Numbered from the stretch's first letter, positions 1-9,490 are shown. The stretch is DNA of 32,272 bases from a bacterium (GCA_041497675.1 JBGQGY010000028.1:1-32272), one strand, 5' to 3'. The notes: generated by a model not told the origin, from the letters alone. Program-made: numbers and translations.

Positions 1-966
1 GACCGGGTGATAGGGAGGGAACTCAGAAGGCACGCGCGGGCTGGCAAGTAGCGCGCTGCCGTTCTCCAGCAGGCGGTTGAGCAGGCCGTTGACGCTCTGG
101 TTGAACCAGAAGGCCTCGCCCACGCGGGAGAGCTCTCGGACGACGTCGAGATAGCGGAGATGGTCTGCCAGGCCAAAGCGGGCGATGGAGATGGCGAGCC
201 CCGGGAGCAGGACGCCGACCAGCCCGAGGGTGAAGCGCCATTGCCGTCTCAGCAGCGACCATAGGAGCACGAGACCGTACTGGGGTTTCACCAGACAACA
301 GGCGCCAAAACACATGCCCGCGAGCGTCGGCCGCCCGATCACAGAGAAGAGCACTGCGAGGGCGAGCAGGGCGTTGAGGAAGACCTGGATCTGGCCAATG
401 AAGTGTCCAACCAACAGGGGATAGAACGTCAGGCCCACGGCCAGGGAGAGGCCGATAGAGGCGGCCACCTGCGGGTGTGGAGCCGGTCGATCCGGGGTCA
501 GGCGACGGAGGCCGCGCTCCAGGATCAGCACGGAGGCCAGCACCGTCAGGCCTACGGCGATCCGGGACAGCTCGTCCAGCCGGCGTTTCAACGGCCCAAC
601 CAGTCGGGTCAGATCCGCCAGATTGATCATCGAGCGCGGGAAGAGATCAAAGAGCAATAGTGACGACGGGGGATATTGAAACTTGACGCGATCGACGAAG
701 AAGGTCGCGTAGAGATCGCTCCTGGGATCATCGAGTTTCTGTTGGTACGCCGCGAGCATCGGTCTCCACGAGTCAGTGCTACCGCGATCCTGGAGGCGAA
801 GAACTTGAGCCGGCGCGGTCGCCTTCAAGGCCCGCCGAATCGTTTCCGTCGTCGGGCCGGAGGCGAGGGTGAGGCCCAAGAAGATGGCTGCGCTCAAGAC
901 GAAGTTGATGGCCAGGGTCTTCACGAGCCACACGAGGACCCTATTCTGAGGCCGTGAGTTCGTCAC
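1..966 (-). CDS. Glycosyltransferase family 87 (DUF2029) membrane protein, 3'-partial (runs off the window edge)
   Basis: Absent from the ORF track because it has no stop in the window. Manual translation from GTG at 966 (AGGGG upstream) is open to base 1 and includes KFQYPPSSLLLF, FIGQIQVFLNALL, LVKPQYGL and FWFNQSVNGLLNRL, which are GT87/GT-C motifs, plus several hydrophobic segments. Confidence 0.75.
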   Translation of the reverse strand, partial: MTNSRPQNRVLVWLVKTLAINFVLSAAIFLGLTLASGPTTETIRRALKATAPAQVLRLQDRGSTDSWRPMLAAYQQKLDDPRSDLYATFFVDRVKFQYPPSSLLLFDLFPRSMINLADLTRLVGPLKRRLDELSRIAVGLTVLASVLILERGLRRLTPDRPAPHPQVAASIGLSLAVGLTFYPLLVGHFIGQIQVFLNALLALAVLFSVIGRPTLAGMCFGACCLVKPQYGLVLLWSLLRRQWRFTLGLVGVLLPGLAISIARFGLADHLRYLDVVRELSRVGEAFWFNQSVNGLLNRLLENGSALLASPRVPSEFPPYHPV

Positions 967-1028
967 TGGCTCGACCCCTGACGCTCTGGCGTAGGTTGGA
1001 CGGCCGTAGTAATGCTATGCGTGAAGGG

Positions 1029-3293
1029 TTAATCCCTGCCCGCCAGTTTGCGCGTGACCAGGTCCTGCACGATCTGTGGGTTCGCCCGGCCGCCGGTCTC
1101 CCGCATGACTTGCCCCACGAAAAACCCGACGGTCGCCGTCTTGCCAGCGTGGTGCGCTGCCGCCTTGTCCGGATGCTCCGCGATCACCCGTTCCACGATG
1201 GGGGCAATGGCCGTCGCATCGCTCACCTGAGTCAATCCCCGCTGTTCGACGATCCCGACGGGATCTTCGCCGGTTTCGAGTGCCGTTGCCAGCACGTCGC
1301 GGGCAGTGCGGGTGTTGATGGCGCCCTTCTGAAGTAGGTCCACCAACGCCGCCAGACGGGCCGGGGGCACCCGTGTGTTTCCTGCCCGAATGGCGGGCCC
1401 CAATTCATTGACGATCCACGTCGCAAGCGTGCCGGCGTCTCCGTGACGAGCGGCCTCGTCGAAGTACGCGGCGAGCGGTGCTTCGCGGGCGATCTGTTGC
1501 GCGGGTGTCAGGCCCGCGGCCTTCGCGGTCTTGACCGGCGTCGGTGCGGCCGGCTCGACGCGCTCGGGGCGGCCATCGACATTGGTTGTCTCGTCAGTGC
1601 GTGTCCACGAATCGCGCAGGGTGACAATGCGGTTGAAGATCGGGTGAGCCGGGCTCGAATCTACCGGATCGGGCCAGAAGTACCCCAACCGCTCGAACTG
1701 GTAGCGGGTATCTGGGGAATCCCCTGCGACGCTCGGTTCGACGAACCCTTCGACGATCGCGAGCGACCGGGGATTCAGGTGCTCGGTAAACTCCCCCTCG
1801 CCGGCCTCGGGATCGGGCGTGGTGAAGAGACGGTCGTACAGGCGTACTTCTGCAGGCACCGCGTGCGCGGCGGCCACCCAGTGAATCGTGCCTTTCACCG
1901 AGCCTCCGGCCGGCTGCCGGCCCAGCGTGTCGGCGTCGTAGGTGCATCGCAGCTCGACGATCTCGCCCGCGGCGTCTTTGACCACATCGTCGCAGCGAAT
2001 GACATAGGCGTGCCGCAGCCGCACGCGGCCGCCGGGCTGGAGCCGGTAGAACCCTTTCGGCGGGTGTTCGATGAAGTCATCGCGCTCGATGTAGAGTTCC
2101 CTCGAGAAGGGGATGGTGCGCGAGCCCGTCTTGGGTACGTCATGGGGCCAGTAGGGCGCGTCGAGGTGCTCGACCTGGCCGGGCGGGTAGTTGGTGAGGA
2201 CCACCGTCACCGGTCTGAGCACGGCAAGGACGCGGGGTGCCCGGTAGTTCAGGTCGTCACGGACGGCGGCGTCGAAGGTGGCGACGTCCACCCGGTTGTT
2301 GGCCCTCGCCACCCCAATGCGGTTGGTAAACTCGCGGATGGCCTCTGGGGTGATCCCACGCCGCCGCAGACCCGAGATCGTGGGCATGCGCGGGTCGTCC
2401 CACCCCTGGACGTATCCGCCCTCCACGAGCCGGATCAACTTGCGCTTCGACAACACCGTGTAGTCGAGGCTCAGCCGGGCGAACTCGTACTGGTAAGGGC
2501 GGGGCGACTGTGGCAGCCCGCACAGGCCGCGCAGGTTCTCCACGAGCCAGTCGTAGATGGCACGGTTGTTCTCGAACTCGAGGGTGCAAATGCTGTGCGA
2601 GATGCCCTCAATCGCGTCGGACAAGGGGTGGGCGAAGTCGTAGAGCGGGTAGATGCACCACGCTCGTCCGGCCCGGTAGTGGGGTGCGTGTACGATGCGG
2701 TAGAGCACCGGGTCGCGCAGCTTCATGTTGGGGTTCGCGAGGTCGATCTTCGCCCGCAGCACGTGCGCGCCGCCGGAAAACTCGCCGCGCCGCATGCGCT
2801 CGAAGAGATCGAGATTCTCACGCACCGTACGCTCGCGATGAGGACTGGGCCGGCCCCGCTCCGTGATGGTGCCGCGATAGGCGCTGATCTCCTCGTCGGA
2901 CAGGCTGTCGACGTAGGCCTTGCCATCCTTGATGAGCTGCAGCGCGAACTCGTGCAGCCGGTCGAAATAGTCGGAGGTGTAGAGTTCCCGCGCCCACTGG
3001 AATCCTAACCACAGGACGTCGCGCTTCATGTTCTCGACGTACTCGATCGATTCGGTCTCGGGGTTCGTGTCGTCGAATCGCAGATTGCACTCGCCGTCAT
3101 AGTCGAGCGCAAGGCCGAAGTTCAGACCGATGGACTTGGCGTGACCGATGTGCAGGTAGCCGTTGGGTTCCGGGGGAAAACGCGTGACGATCTTCGCATA
3201 GCGACGCTGCCGGAGATCGTCATCAATGATCTCCGTGATGAAGTTCGGGCTGACGCGCCGCTCGCGTGGTGCCAGGTCGAGATCGCGCTTCAT
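1029..3293 (-). CDS. glnS: Glutamine--tRNA ligase with C-terminal GatB/Yqey domain
   Basis: TRFPPEPNGYLHIGH (HIGH motif), LRFDDTNP, LSKRKL, CTLEFENNR, YQFERLGYF. C-terminal VGFFVGQVMRETGGRANPQ is GatB/Yqey-like. Start moved to ATG 3293, which has an AAGGAG RBS. Confidence 0.96.
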   Translation of the reverse strand: MKRDLDLAPRERRVSPNFITEIIDDDLRQRRYAKIVTRFPPEPNGYLHIGHAKSIGLNFGLALDYDGECNLRFDDTNPETESIEYVENMKRDVLWLGFQWARELYTSDYFDRLHEFALQLIKDGKAYVDSLSDEEISAYRGTITERGRPSPHRERTVRENLDLFERMRRGEFSGGAHVLRAKIDLANPNMKLRDPVLYRIVHAPHYRAGRAWCIYPLYDFAHPLSDAIEGISHSICTLEFENNRAIYDWLVENLRGLCGLPQSPRPYQYEFARLSLDYTVLSKRKLIRLVEGGYVQGWDDPRMPTISGLRRRGITPEAIREFTNRIGVARANNRVDVATFDAAVRDDLNYRAPRVLAVLRPVTVVLTNYPPGQVEHLDAPYWPHDVPKTGSRTIPFSRELYIERDDFIEHPPKGFYRLQPGGRVRLRHAYVIRCDDVVKDAAGEIVELRCTYDADTLGRQPAGGSVKGTIHWVAAAHAVPAEVRLYDRLFTTPDPEAGEGEFTEHLNPRSLAIVEGFVEPSVAGDSPDTRYQFERLGYFWPDPVDSSPAHPIFNRIVTLRDSWTRTDETTNVDGRPERVEPAAPTPVKTAKAAGLTPAQQIAREAPLAAYFDEAARHGDAGTLATWIVNELGPAIRAGNTRVPPARLAALVDLLQKGAINTRTARDVLATALETGEDPVGIVEQRGLTQVSDATAIAPIVERVIAEHPDKAAAHHAGKTATVGFFVGQVMRETGGRANPQIVQDLVTRKLAGRD

Positions 3294-3383
3294 CGCGCTC
3301 CTTTGGGCATTAGGATACACGGTCCGGTCTCGTGTGGAAATGGATCGCAGGACGTCGGCGCGCGCGTGTCTAAGCGAGCGGGT

Positions 3384-4361
3384 ATGGCGACTCACCACTT
3401 CCGGCCCGACCACTATCACGTCACGATTGGCTCCCACGACGCCGTGTTGCGGATTGCCGACGGCGACACCGTGGTGACCACCACCGTGGACGCCCGGGGC
3501 GGCGATGCCTCAGGACGCAACGTCACACCGGGAGGCAATCCTCAGACCGGGCCGTTTTTTGTCGAGGGCGCGGAACCCGGCGACACCCTCGCCGTACGCT
3601 TCGAGCGGCTCGTCCCAAACCGGGGCACCGGTTTTTCGAGGATCATCGTGGCGCCGAATGTCGTTGATCCATATCATGTTTCCGCGCTGCCGGCCGTGGG
3701 CGATGAGGTCGCCGAGTGGAGCATCGATCGGGACCGGGGCACGGTCACGCTGTTGAGCCCTGGGACCGCCCTGGGACGGCTGACGCTTCCCCTGGCACCG
3801 ATGCTCGGGTGTTTCGGGGTCGCGCCGCCGCTCGGCCAGGCCATCTCGACGGCCACGTCCGGCGAGCACGGCGGCAACATGGACTATCGGGGTTTCGCGA
3901 CCGGCGTCACCGTCTACGTTCCCGTCTTTGCGCGGGGCGCGCTGCTGCACGTGGGCGACGGGCACGCCGTGCAGGGCGATGGCGAGATCGTCGGCACCGG
4001 TGTCGAGACGTCGTTTGACGTGGAATTCACGGTCACGGTCGTGAAGCGCAAACGCATCCGCTGGCCACGAGGCGAGAGCCGGACGCACATTTTCACCGTC
4101 GGCAACGCGCGCCCGCTCGACCAGGCCGTGCAGCACGCGACGACCGAGATGCTTCGATGGTTGGGTGAGGACTACGGTCTGGACGCGCGGGCGGCCGGCA
4201 TCATGCTGGGACAGTGCGTCGAGTACGATCTTGGCAACGTCTACGATCCCGCGTACACGATGGTCTGCAAGGTGTCGAAGCACGTGTTGCAGGAGATAGC
4301 GCGCAATTCGCAAGAGGCCGACGCGTGTCGATCGACTCATGCGTCCCGGCCGAGCGCGTAG
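3384..4361 (+). CDS. Acetamidase/formamidase family protein
   Basis: NPQTGPFFVEGAEPGDTL, HGGNMD and GDGHAVQGDGEIVGTGVE motifs. Start set at ATG 3384 (MATHHF), outside glnS. Confidence 0.9.
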   Translation: MATHHFRPDHYHVTIGSHDAVLRIADGDTVVTTTVDARGGDASGRNVTPGGNPQTGPFFVEGAEPGDTLAVRFERLVPNRGTGFSRIIVAPNVVDPYHVSALPAVGDEVAEWSIDRDRGTVTLLSPGTALGRLTLPLAPMLGCFGVAPPLGQAISTATSGEHGGNMDYRGFATGVTVYVPVFARGALLHVGDGHAVQGDGEIVGTGVETSFDVEFTVTVVKRKRIRWPRGESRTHIFTVGNARPLDQAVQHATTEMLRWLGEDYGLDARAAGIMLGQCVEYDLGNVYDPAYTMVCKVSKHVLQEIARNSQEADACRSTHASRPSA

Positions 4362-6970
4362 GCGATCAGCCGGTCCAGCGGCAGCGTCTGCCCGTCATTC
4401 CACGCGGTCCTGATCGTCTGTTCGTCAACGGGTTGTTCGCCTGGGCGGTAGCGGCCCTCCGCCTTGTTGAGGACAGCCGCGAGATCGGTGCCGCTTTGCT
4501 TTTGCAGGGCGGCCGCTCCTCCGGCGAGCCGCGCGGCGCGCGGAACATCACCCTCGGTCAAGGCGAGGCTGGAGAGATCGTCGAAGAGGAGGGCCAGCCC
4601 CGTGACGTCCCGAGCTTCGCCGAAGAGGCTCAGACCTTCGCGGAAGGCGGCGCGGGCCACGTCGAAATCGCCGGTCTTCACCGTGACCACCCCGAGGATG
4701 TGGAGGGCCCAGCCCAGGCTGAACCGGTCGTCGATCCGCCGGAAGGTCGGCAGGCTGAGATCGAGGTGGTGGCGGGCGGCAGGGTAGTCGCCGGCGAAAT
4801 GCGCGAGACTTGCCAGCGCCCAGTGCACGCGCGCCATGCCCGCGTCATCGCGCGCCTGCGTGTACAGCGCCAGGCTCTCATCAAGCAGCGATTGCGCGGT
4901 GGCCACGTCGTCCTGCTTGAGGAAGAACACGAACGAGAGATTGTACAGCGCGCGTGCGATCGAGATTGGATCGCCGATCTCGCGCTGCATCGCCAGGCTC
5001 TCCTGATAGAAACTGCGCGCCGCGTCGAGATCGCCCTGCCAGTACGCGATGCCGCCCGCGGCCTCGAGCACCAGAGCCCGGACGCCCGGAGAGCCGCCGG
5101 GCATCTGCACGATGGCGGTGAGTTTGGCGCGGGCCTCCTGGAGGTGACCGCGCATCTGCCAGAAACGCCACAGCGCCGCACCCAGCAGCATCGCGGTTTC
5201 GGTGTCGCCCGTGTCCATTGCCCACGAGAGGGCGGCACGGACATTGTCGTGCTCGTCCTCGAAGCGGTCGAGCCACGTCATGCGGTCGCGGCCGGTCAGA
5301 TGGGGCTCAGCCTGCTGCGCGAAAGCGAGGAGCATCATCGCGTGACGCCGGCGGATCTCCTGGGCCTCGCCGCTTGTTTCAAGACACTCCCCAGCGAACT
5401 CGCGGATCGTCTCCAGCATCGCAAACCTCGGCTCGGCGTGGATCTCTTCCTGGCGCAGCAGGCTGTGATCCACCAGTCCGGCCAGCCCGTCGAACACATC
5501 GCGGCCGAGGTCGGCGGCCGGGCCGCACACGGTCTCCGCCGCGTCCAGCGAGGCGCCGCCGACAAACACGGAGAAGCGCGCAAGCAGCCGGCGACCGGCG
5601 TCATCGAGCAGATCGTAGCTCCAAGCGATCGCGCCCCGCAGCGTCTGCTGGCGGGCAGGCAGATCCCGCGACCCGGTCGTCAGCAGGCTGAGGCGGTGTT
5701 GCAGCCGCGCCAGCATGGCCTGGGGCGGCAGCAACTTGATCCGAGCGGCCGCCAGTTCGATCGCCAGTGGAAGCCCGTCGAGCCGCGTGGTGATCTCCGC
5801 GACCGCCGGCGCGTTGTCGTTTGTGACGACGAAGTCGGGTTTGACCGTGACCGCTCGTTGAATGAACAGCGCGACGGCCTCGTACTGCGACAGCGACTCT
5901 AACGACGGCAAATGACGGGGATCGGGGAGGCCCAAAGGCGGGACTCCAAACTCTTGCTCCCCATACACACGGAGGACGACCCGGCTGGTCACCAGGATCT
6001 TGAGACCGGGGCTGGACTTGAGCAGGTCGCCGACCAGCGCAGCCGCGGCGACGACCTGCTCGAAGTTGTCGAGGATCAACAGCATCCGCTTCCCGGCGAG
6101 GTACTCGCGCAGGCTTTCACGCGAGTCGTGACGCCCGGATTCCTTCAGCCCGAGAGTCTGGGCAATCGTCGACGCGACCAGCCCGGCGTCCGTGACCGGC
6201 GCCAGCGGGACGAAGTAGACGCCGTCTTGGAATTGCTCCAGCAGATTGGCGGCGAGTTCAAGCGACAGACGTGTCTTTCCCGTGCCCCCGGGGCCCGTAA
6301 GCGTGAGCAGCCGCGTCCCCCCGAAGAGCCGTTGCGCTTCGGCGAGCTCGCGCGCTCTGCCGACGAAACTGGTCAACTGGACCGGCAGGTTGTTTGGCAT
6401 CAGGTCGAGGCTGCGCGGCGGCGGGAACTCCGCCGGCAGGCCTTCGCCCGCGAGTTGGTAGATGTGCTCAGGTCGCTGGAGGTCTTTGAGCCTGTGCTCC
6501 CCCAGGTCGCGCAGCCCGGCGCCGGTGGGGAGCGCGTGCTGGATCAAGACCCGCGTCGACTGCGACAGAAGAATCTGCCCGCCCCAGGCGGCGGCGCAGA
6601 TCCGTGCGGCGCGGTGGACGTCGAGACCCACGTAGTCCCTGCCGACGGGTGTGGCCTCGCCCGTGTGCAGTCCCATGCGCACCCTCAAGACGACGCCTTC
6701 AGGCCAGCGCGCAGCGAGCAGCGCACGCTGCGCGGCGAGTGCTGCGGCCGTGGCGCGCGCGGCGCTTGCAAAGACGATGAAGAACGCGTCGCCTTCGGTG
6801 TTGACCTCGTGACCCTGTTCGGCGTCCACTGCCGCGCGCACCAGCCGCCGGTGCTGTTCGAGACAGGCATCGTAGCCGGTCCCCAGCTCCTGGAGGAGAC
6901 GCGTGGACCCCTCGATATCCGTAAACAGGAAGGTGACTGTGCCGGCCGGTAACACGCGCAACTCTTTCAC
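4337..6970 (-). CDS. Class III adenylate/guanylate cyclase - STAND (NB-ARC-like) ATPase - TPR protein
   Basis: Cyclase: TFLFTDIEGSTRL, EGDAFF, RMGLHTG, HRAAR. STAND: GPGGTGKT P-loop, LLILDNFE Walker B, GLPLA. C-terminal TPR-like helices. The start may instead be GTG 6955. Confidence 0.9.
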   Translation of the reverse strand: MKELRVLPAGTVTFLFTDIEGSTRLLQELGTGYDACLEQHRRLVRAAVDAEQGHEVNTEGDAFFIVFASAARATAAALAAQRALLAARWPEGVVLRVRMGLHTGEATPVGRDYVGLDVHRAARICAAAWGGQILLSQSTRVLIQHALPTGAGLRDLGEHRLKDLQRPEHIYQLAGEGLPAEFPPPRSLDLMPNNLPVQLTSFVGRARELAEAQRLFGGTRLLTLTGPGGTGKTRLSLELAANLLEQFQDGVYFVPLAPVTDAGLVASTIAQTLGLKESGRHDSRESLREYLAGKRMLLILDNFEQVVAAAALVGDLLKSSPGLKILVTSRVVLRVYGEQEFGVPPLGLPDPRHLPSLESLSQYEAVALFIQRAVTVKPDFVVTNDNAPAVAEITTRLDGLPLAIELAAARIKLLPPQAMLARLQHRLSLLTTGSRDLPARQQTLRGAIAWSYDLLDDAGRRLLARFSVFVGGASLDAAETVCGPAADLGRDVFDGLAGLVDHSLLRQEEIHAEPRFAMLETIREFAGECLETSGEAQEIRRRHAMMLLAFAQQAEPHLTGRDRMTWLDRFEDEHDNVRAALSWAMDTGDTETAMLLGAALWRFWQMRGHLQEARAKLTAIVQMPGGSPGVRALVLEAAGGIAYWQGDLDAARSFYQESLAMQREIGDPISIARALYNLSFVFFLKQDDVATAQSLLDESLALYTQARDDAGMARVHWALASLAHFAGDYPAARHHLDLSLPTFRRIDDRFSLGWALHILGVVTVKTGDFDVARAAFREGLSLFGEARDVTGLALLFDDLSSLALTEGDVPRAARLAGGAAALQKQSGTDLAAVLNKAEGRYRPGEQPVDEQTIRTAWNDGQTLPLDRLIAYALGRDA

Positions 6971-7029
6971 GACGCGTGGAGCAAACCCTCTCGCCGGGGC
7001 AGGCCGGGCCCCCTCCGGCTCGAAACATC

Positions 7030-7890
7030 ATGGGCATGGATGACCCGATCACCGTGCGCGTGGTGACCGACGCGGATGCCACGGCGGCGCGCGCGCTGGT
7101 CGCGGCGTGCAACCGACATGAGGGGCTGGATCTGGCGGTCAACCTCGGCCGCCCGGCGGTGGGCGAGCCGGCAAATCAGTTCGTCTGCCATGAGAGCCAC
7201 ACGCTGGTGGGCATCGCCACGCTGGAGCCTCATCAGGAGATCGAAGCCTGCGTGGCGGTTCACCCCGGCCACCGGCGCCGGGGTTTCGGCCGGCGGCTGC
7301 TCGACGCGATCAAGACGCAAACCCGCGAACGGGGAAAGCGATCGTGTCTGCTCGTCTGTGAGGAGGCCTCCGCGTCGGGACGCGGGTTTGTGACCACGGC
7401 GGGGGCGCGGTACCGAAACGCTGAGCACCGGATGCGCCTGCACACTGAACACACCGGCGTCCCGAGCATCCCCAGGACGGCCCTGCGGTTGGAGCGCGCG
7501 CAGCCGGTGCACCTCGAGGCGGTCGGTCGCATCCTGGCCGCCTCCTTCGGGTCAGATCCTGTCCACGAGCAGCAGCGTGTGGTCGGGGATCTCCGAAAGC
7601 CGACGCACCGGTACTTCGTGGCGACGCTTGGCGGCGAGCCTGTTGGGACCTTTGGGGTCGTGATTGCGGAGGGGCGTGTCTACATCATCGGGTTTGGGAT
7701 TCTGCCGGTGTTCCGTGGTCAGGGCCACGGCCGGACAATGCTGCGTGACGCGATCGAACTCTTGACACGGGAACGGTGGCGAGAGATCTATCTCGAGGTA
7801 GCGACTGAGAACGAACCGGCGGTCGCGCTCTATCGCTCCGCCGGCTTTGGTGTGACGTCGACGTACGGGTTTTACGAACTGGCGGTGTGA
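7030..7890 (+). CDS. Tandem (two-domain) GNAT acetyltransferase
   Basis: Two acetyl-CoA motif A copies (VHPGHRRRGFGRRLL; ILPVFRGQGHGRTML) and NEPAVALYRSAGF. Start uncertain (6976, 7030 or 7036). Confidence 0.85.
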   Translation: MGMDDPITVRVVTDADATAARALVAACNRHEGLDLAVNLGRPAVGEPANQFVCHESHTLVGIATLEPHQEIEACVAVHPGHRRRGFGRRLLDAIKTQTRERGKRSCLLVCEEASASGRGFVTTAGARYRNAEHRMRLHTEHTGVPSIPRTALRLERAQPVHLEAVGRILAASFGSDPVHEQQRVVGDLRKPTHRYFVATLGGEPVGTFGVVIAEGRVYIIGFGILPVFRGQGHGRTMLRDAIELLTRERWREIYLEVATENEPAVALYRSAGFGVTSTYGFYELAV

Positions 7891-9206
7891 CCGCCGAAGG
7901 CCTTGGCCAGATACTCCAACGCTTCGGCATCGGCCCCCGCGTCCTTGAGGACGACGCTCAATTCGGCGGCCGCGGCGGCGGCCTCGCTTTCAAGCCCCAG
8001 TCGCCCCAACGTGGAGGCGGCGTCACGCAGGAGGTGCACGGCGTCGGATCGGCGGCCCTGCGCGATCTGGACTCGCGCCAACGTGATCTGCGCCCAGGCC
8101 TCGCGCGCCTCATCGCCGACGCTCTGCGCGTCGCGTATCGCGCCGCGGGCCGCCCGGGCGGCATCCGTATGACGACCCGATGCCAACAATGCGAGCGCCA
8201 TCTCTTCCAATGTGGCGCTGCGCCCTCGTCGATCGCCCAACTGCTCGCGAATGCGCAGCGCCTGCTCAAACGCGGCCAGCGCGTCGCCCAAGCGTCCCTG
8301 TTCCCGGCGGACGACGCCCAGGTTGCTGAGCGTGCGGCTCATTTCTTTCAGATCTTCGGCGAGCGAGAGCGCGTCGTGTGCCTGAGCCAGGAAGTCCGCG
8401 GCGTTGTCGTGACGTCCTCGTGCGCGCTCGACCTGTCCCAGACCGGTGAGCGCGCGGCCGCGAAGACCCTGAAGACGGAGACGCGTTGCGAGCTGCAGCG
8501 CGCGCCGATAGGCGCGTTGGGAGCGGTCGAGATGGCCGAGATAGAATCGTGCCGCTCCGAGTGACAGGAGAGCGCGGACGTTTTCTTCGGTCCGCGCCGT
8601 CTTCGTGCGCCTCAGGATCTCGACGGCCTTTTCGAGGATCGGCAACGCGCGCGCGTAGTTACCCCGCCGCACTTCGATCAGACCCTTGAACGCGAGCGCT
8701 ATCCCCACGGCACTACCGAGGCGGTGCCGGCCCGCGGCGGCAACCGCTTCGTCCGCCCACTGGGCGGCTTCGTCGAGACGGTCCCCGGCAATCGAGGCGT
8801 GAGTCCGTACCAGGGCGGCCCGGACCATGATCTCCGCAGGCATGTCCGGCAGCAGTGCTTCAGCGGCGGCGGTAATTTGTACGGCTTCTGCCCCATGTGC
8901 ACTGAGGTCCATGTCGGAAGCAAGACGCAGGAGGTTCAATGCCGTCTCGCGTCTGAGTTCGGTGGGGTCCATCAGCAGGGAGGCCACCGACGTACCCAGA
9001 CGCCGGGAGAGCGCCACGACCGTCTCAACCGAGGGATACGATCGACCGCTTTCTAGAAGGCTGATGAAACTTTTCGTGAGGTCGGGTGCGGCGAGCCCCT
9101 CTTGGGTCAACCCCGCCCGTCCCCGAGCCAGCATGAGACGGCGCCCAAACTGCACGAGCCAGTCTGGCGCGGACTGGCGCGGGGTGTTTGGGGAGGGTTG
9201 AGGCAC
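7872..9206 (-). CDS. XRE-family HTH transcriptional regulator with TPR domain (RRNPP-like receptor architecture)
   Basis: N-terminal FGRRLMLARGRAGLTQEGLAAPDLTKSFISLLESGRSYPS (HTH_3) followed by TPRs such as RTLSNLGVVRREQGRLGDALAAFEQALRI. Start set at GTG 9206 because a promoter-like element lies just upstream; the ORF track extends to 9287. Confidence 0.88.
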   Translation of the reverse strand: MPQPSPNTPRQSAPDWLVQFGRRLMLARGRAGLTQEGLAAPDLTKSFISLLESGRSYPSVETVVALSRRLGTSVASLLMDPTELRRETALNLLRLASDMDLSAHGAEAVQITAAAEALLPDMPAEIMVRAALVRTHASIAGDRLDEAAQWADEAVAAAGRHRLGSAVGIALAFKGLIEVRRGNYARALPILEKAVEILRRTKTARTEENVRALLSLGAARFYLGHLDRSQRAYRRALQLATRLRLQGLRGRALTGLGQVERARGRHDNAADFLAQAHDALSLAEDLKEMSRTLSNLGVVRREQGRLGDALAAFEQALRIREQLGDRRGRSATLEEMALALLASGRHTDAARAARGAIRDAQSVGDEAREAWAQITLARVQIAQGRRSDAVHLLRDAASTLGRLGLESEAAAAAAELSVVLKDAGADAEALEYLAKAFGGHTASS

Positions 9207-9215
9207 AACAAACGT

Positions 9216-9245
9216 ATCGTACCACTCATCTGCCGGTCTGATCAA
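9216..9245 (-). promoter_or_regulatory. Putative sigma70 promoter of the HTH-TPR gene (near-leaderless)
   Basis: Minus strand: TTGATC-N18-TACGAT with an extended -10 TG; 9 nt from the -10 to GTG 9206, and no SD sequence. Confidence 0.55.
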
Positions 9246-9317
9246 GGTGAGCCAGCCCCCGCGCCTGACGGCCGGCAGCGGCCTCACCCTCCCCGGTTAC
9301 GTGTGCCGCGAGACTCG

Positions 9318-9446
9318 CTAGCCTCCGTCAGGCCCTTCGCCGGGCCCGCTGACCCTCAAGTCAACCTGAGACATCGGCATCGGAGCCAGTCCAATGAGCA
9401 CGAGCGCGGCAATCGCAGCGAGCGCGATCCGTAAGGCTTTCGCCAT
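9318..9446 (-). CDS. Small secreted propeptide (42 aa), candidate signalling-peptide precursor
   Basis: ATG 9446 to TAG 9318 encodes MAKALRIALAAIAALVLIGLAPMPMSQVDLRVSGPGEGPDGG. GGGAGG RBS just upstream; basic n-region, hydrophobic h-region and polar tail. Below the ORF-track size cutoff. Confidence 0.75.
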   Translation of the reverse strand: MAKALRIALAAIAALVLIGLAPMPMSQVDLRVSGPGEGPDGG

Positions 9447-9490
9447 GGTGATCCCTCCCGTGGGATTTTGAATTGGGGGCTCACACGGGA

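Noticed and set aside
23..1337. Short ORFs listed in the track across the first 1.3 kb
   Set aside because: They overlap the better-supported GT87 and glnS frames and show no motifs.
1443..3008. 521-aa plus-strand ORF
   Set aside because: Antisense shadow of glnS.
3141..3437. Apparent 5' overlap of glnS and the acetamidase gene
   Set aside because: Caused by longest-ORF start choice. Starts at 3293 and 3384 leave a 90-nt divergent intergenic region.
4214..6952. 562-aa and 346-aa plus-strand ORFs
   Set aside because: Antisense shadows of the cyclase-STAND-TPR gene.
9246..9288. Possible terminator hairpin (GGTGAG...CTCACC) between the peptide and receptor genes
   Set aside because: Short interrupted stem, large loop and no U-tract; too weak to call.
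9102..9434. 110-aa plus-strand ORF overlapping the peptide gene
   Set aside because: No RBS or motifs, and it overlaps the HTH domain antisense. The minus-strand 42-aa ORF is better supported.
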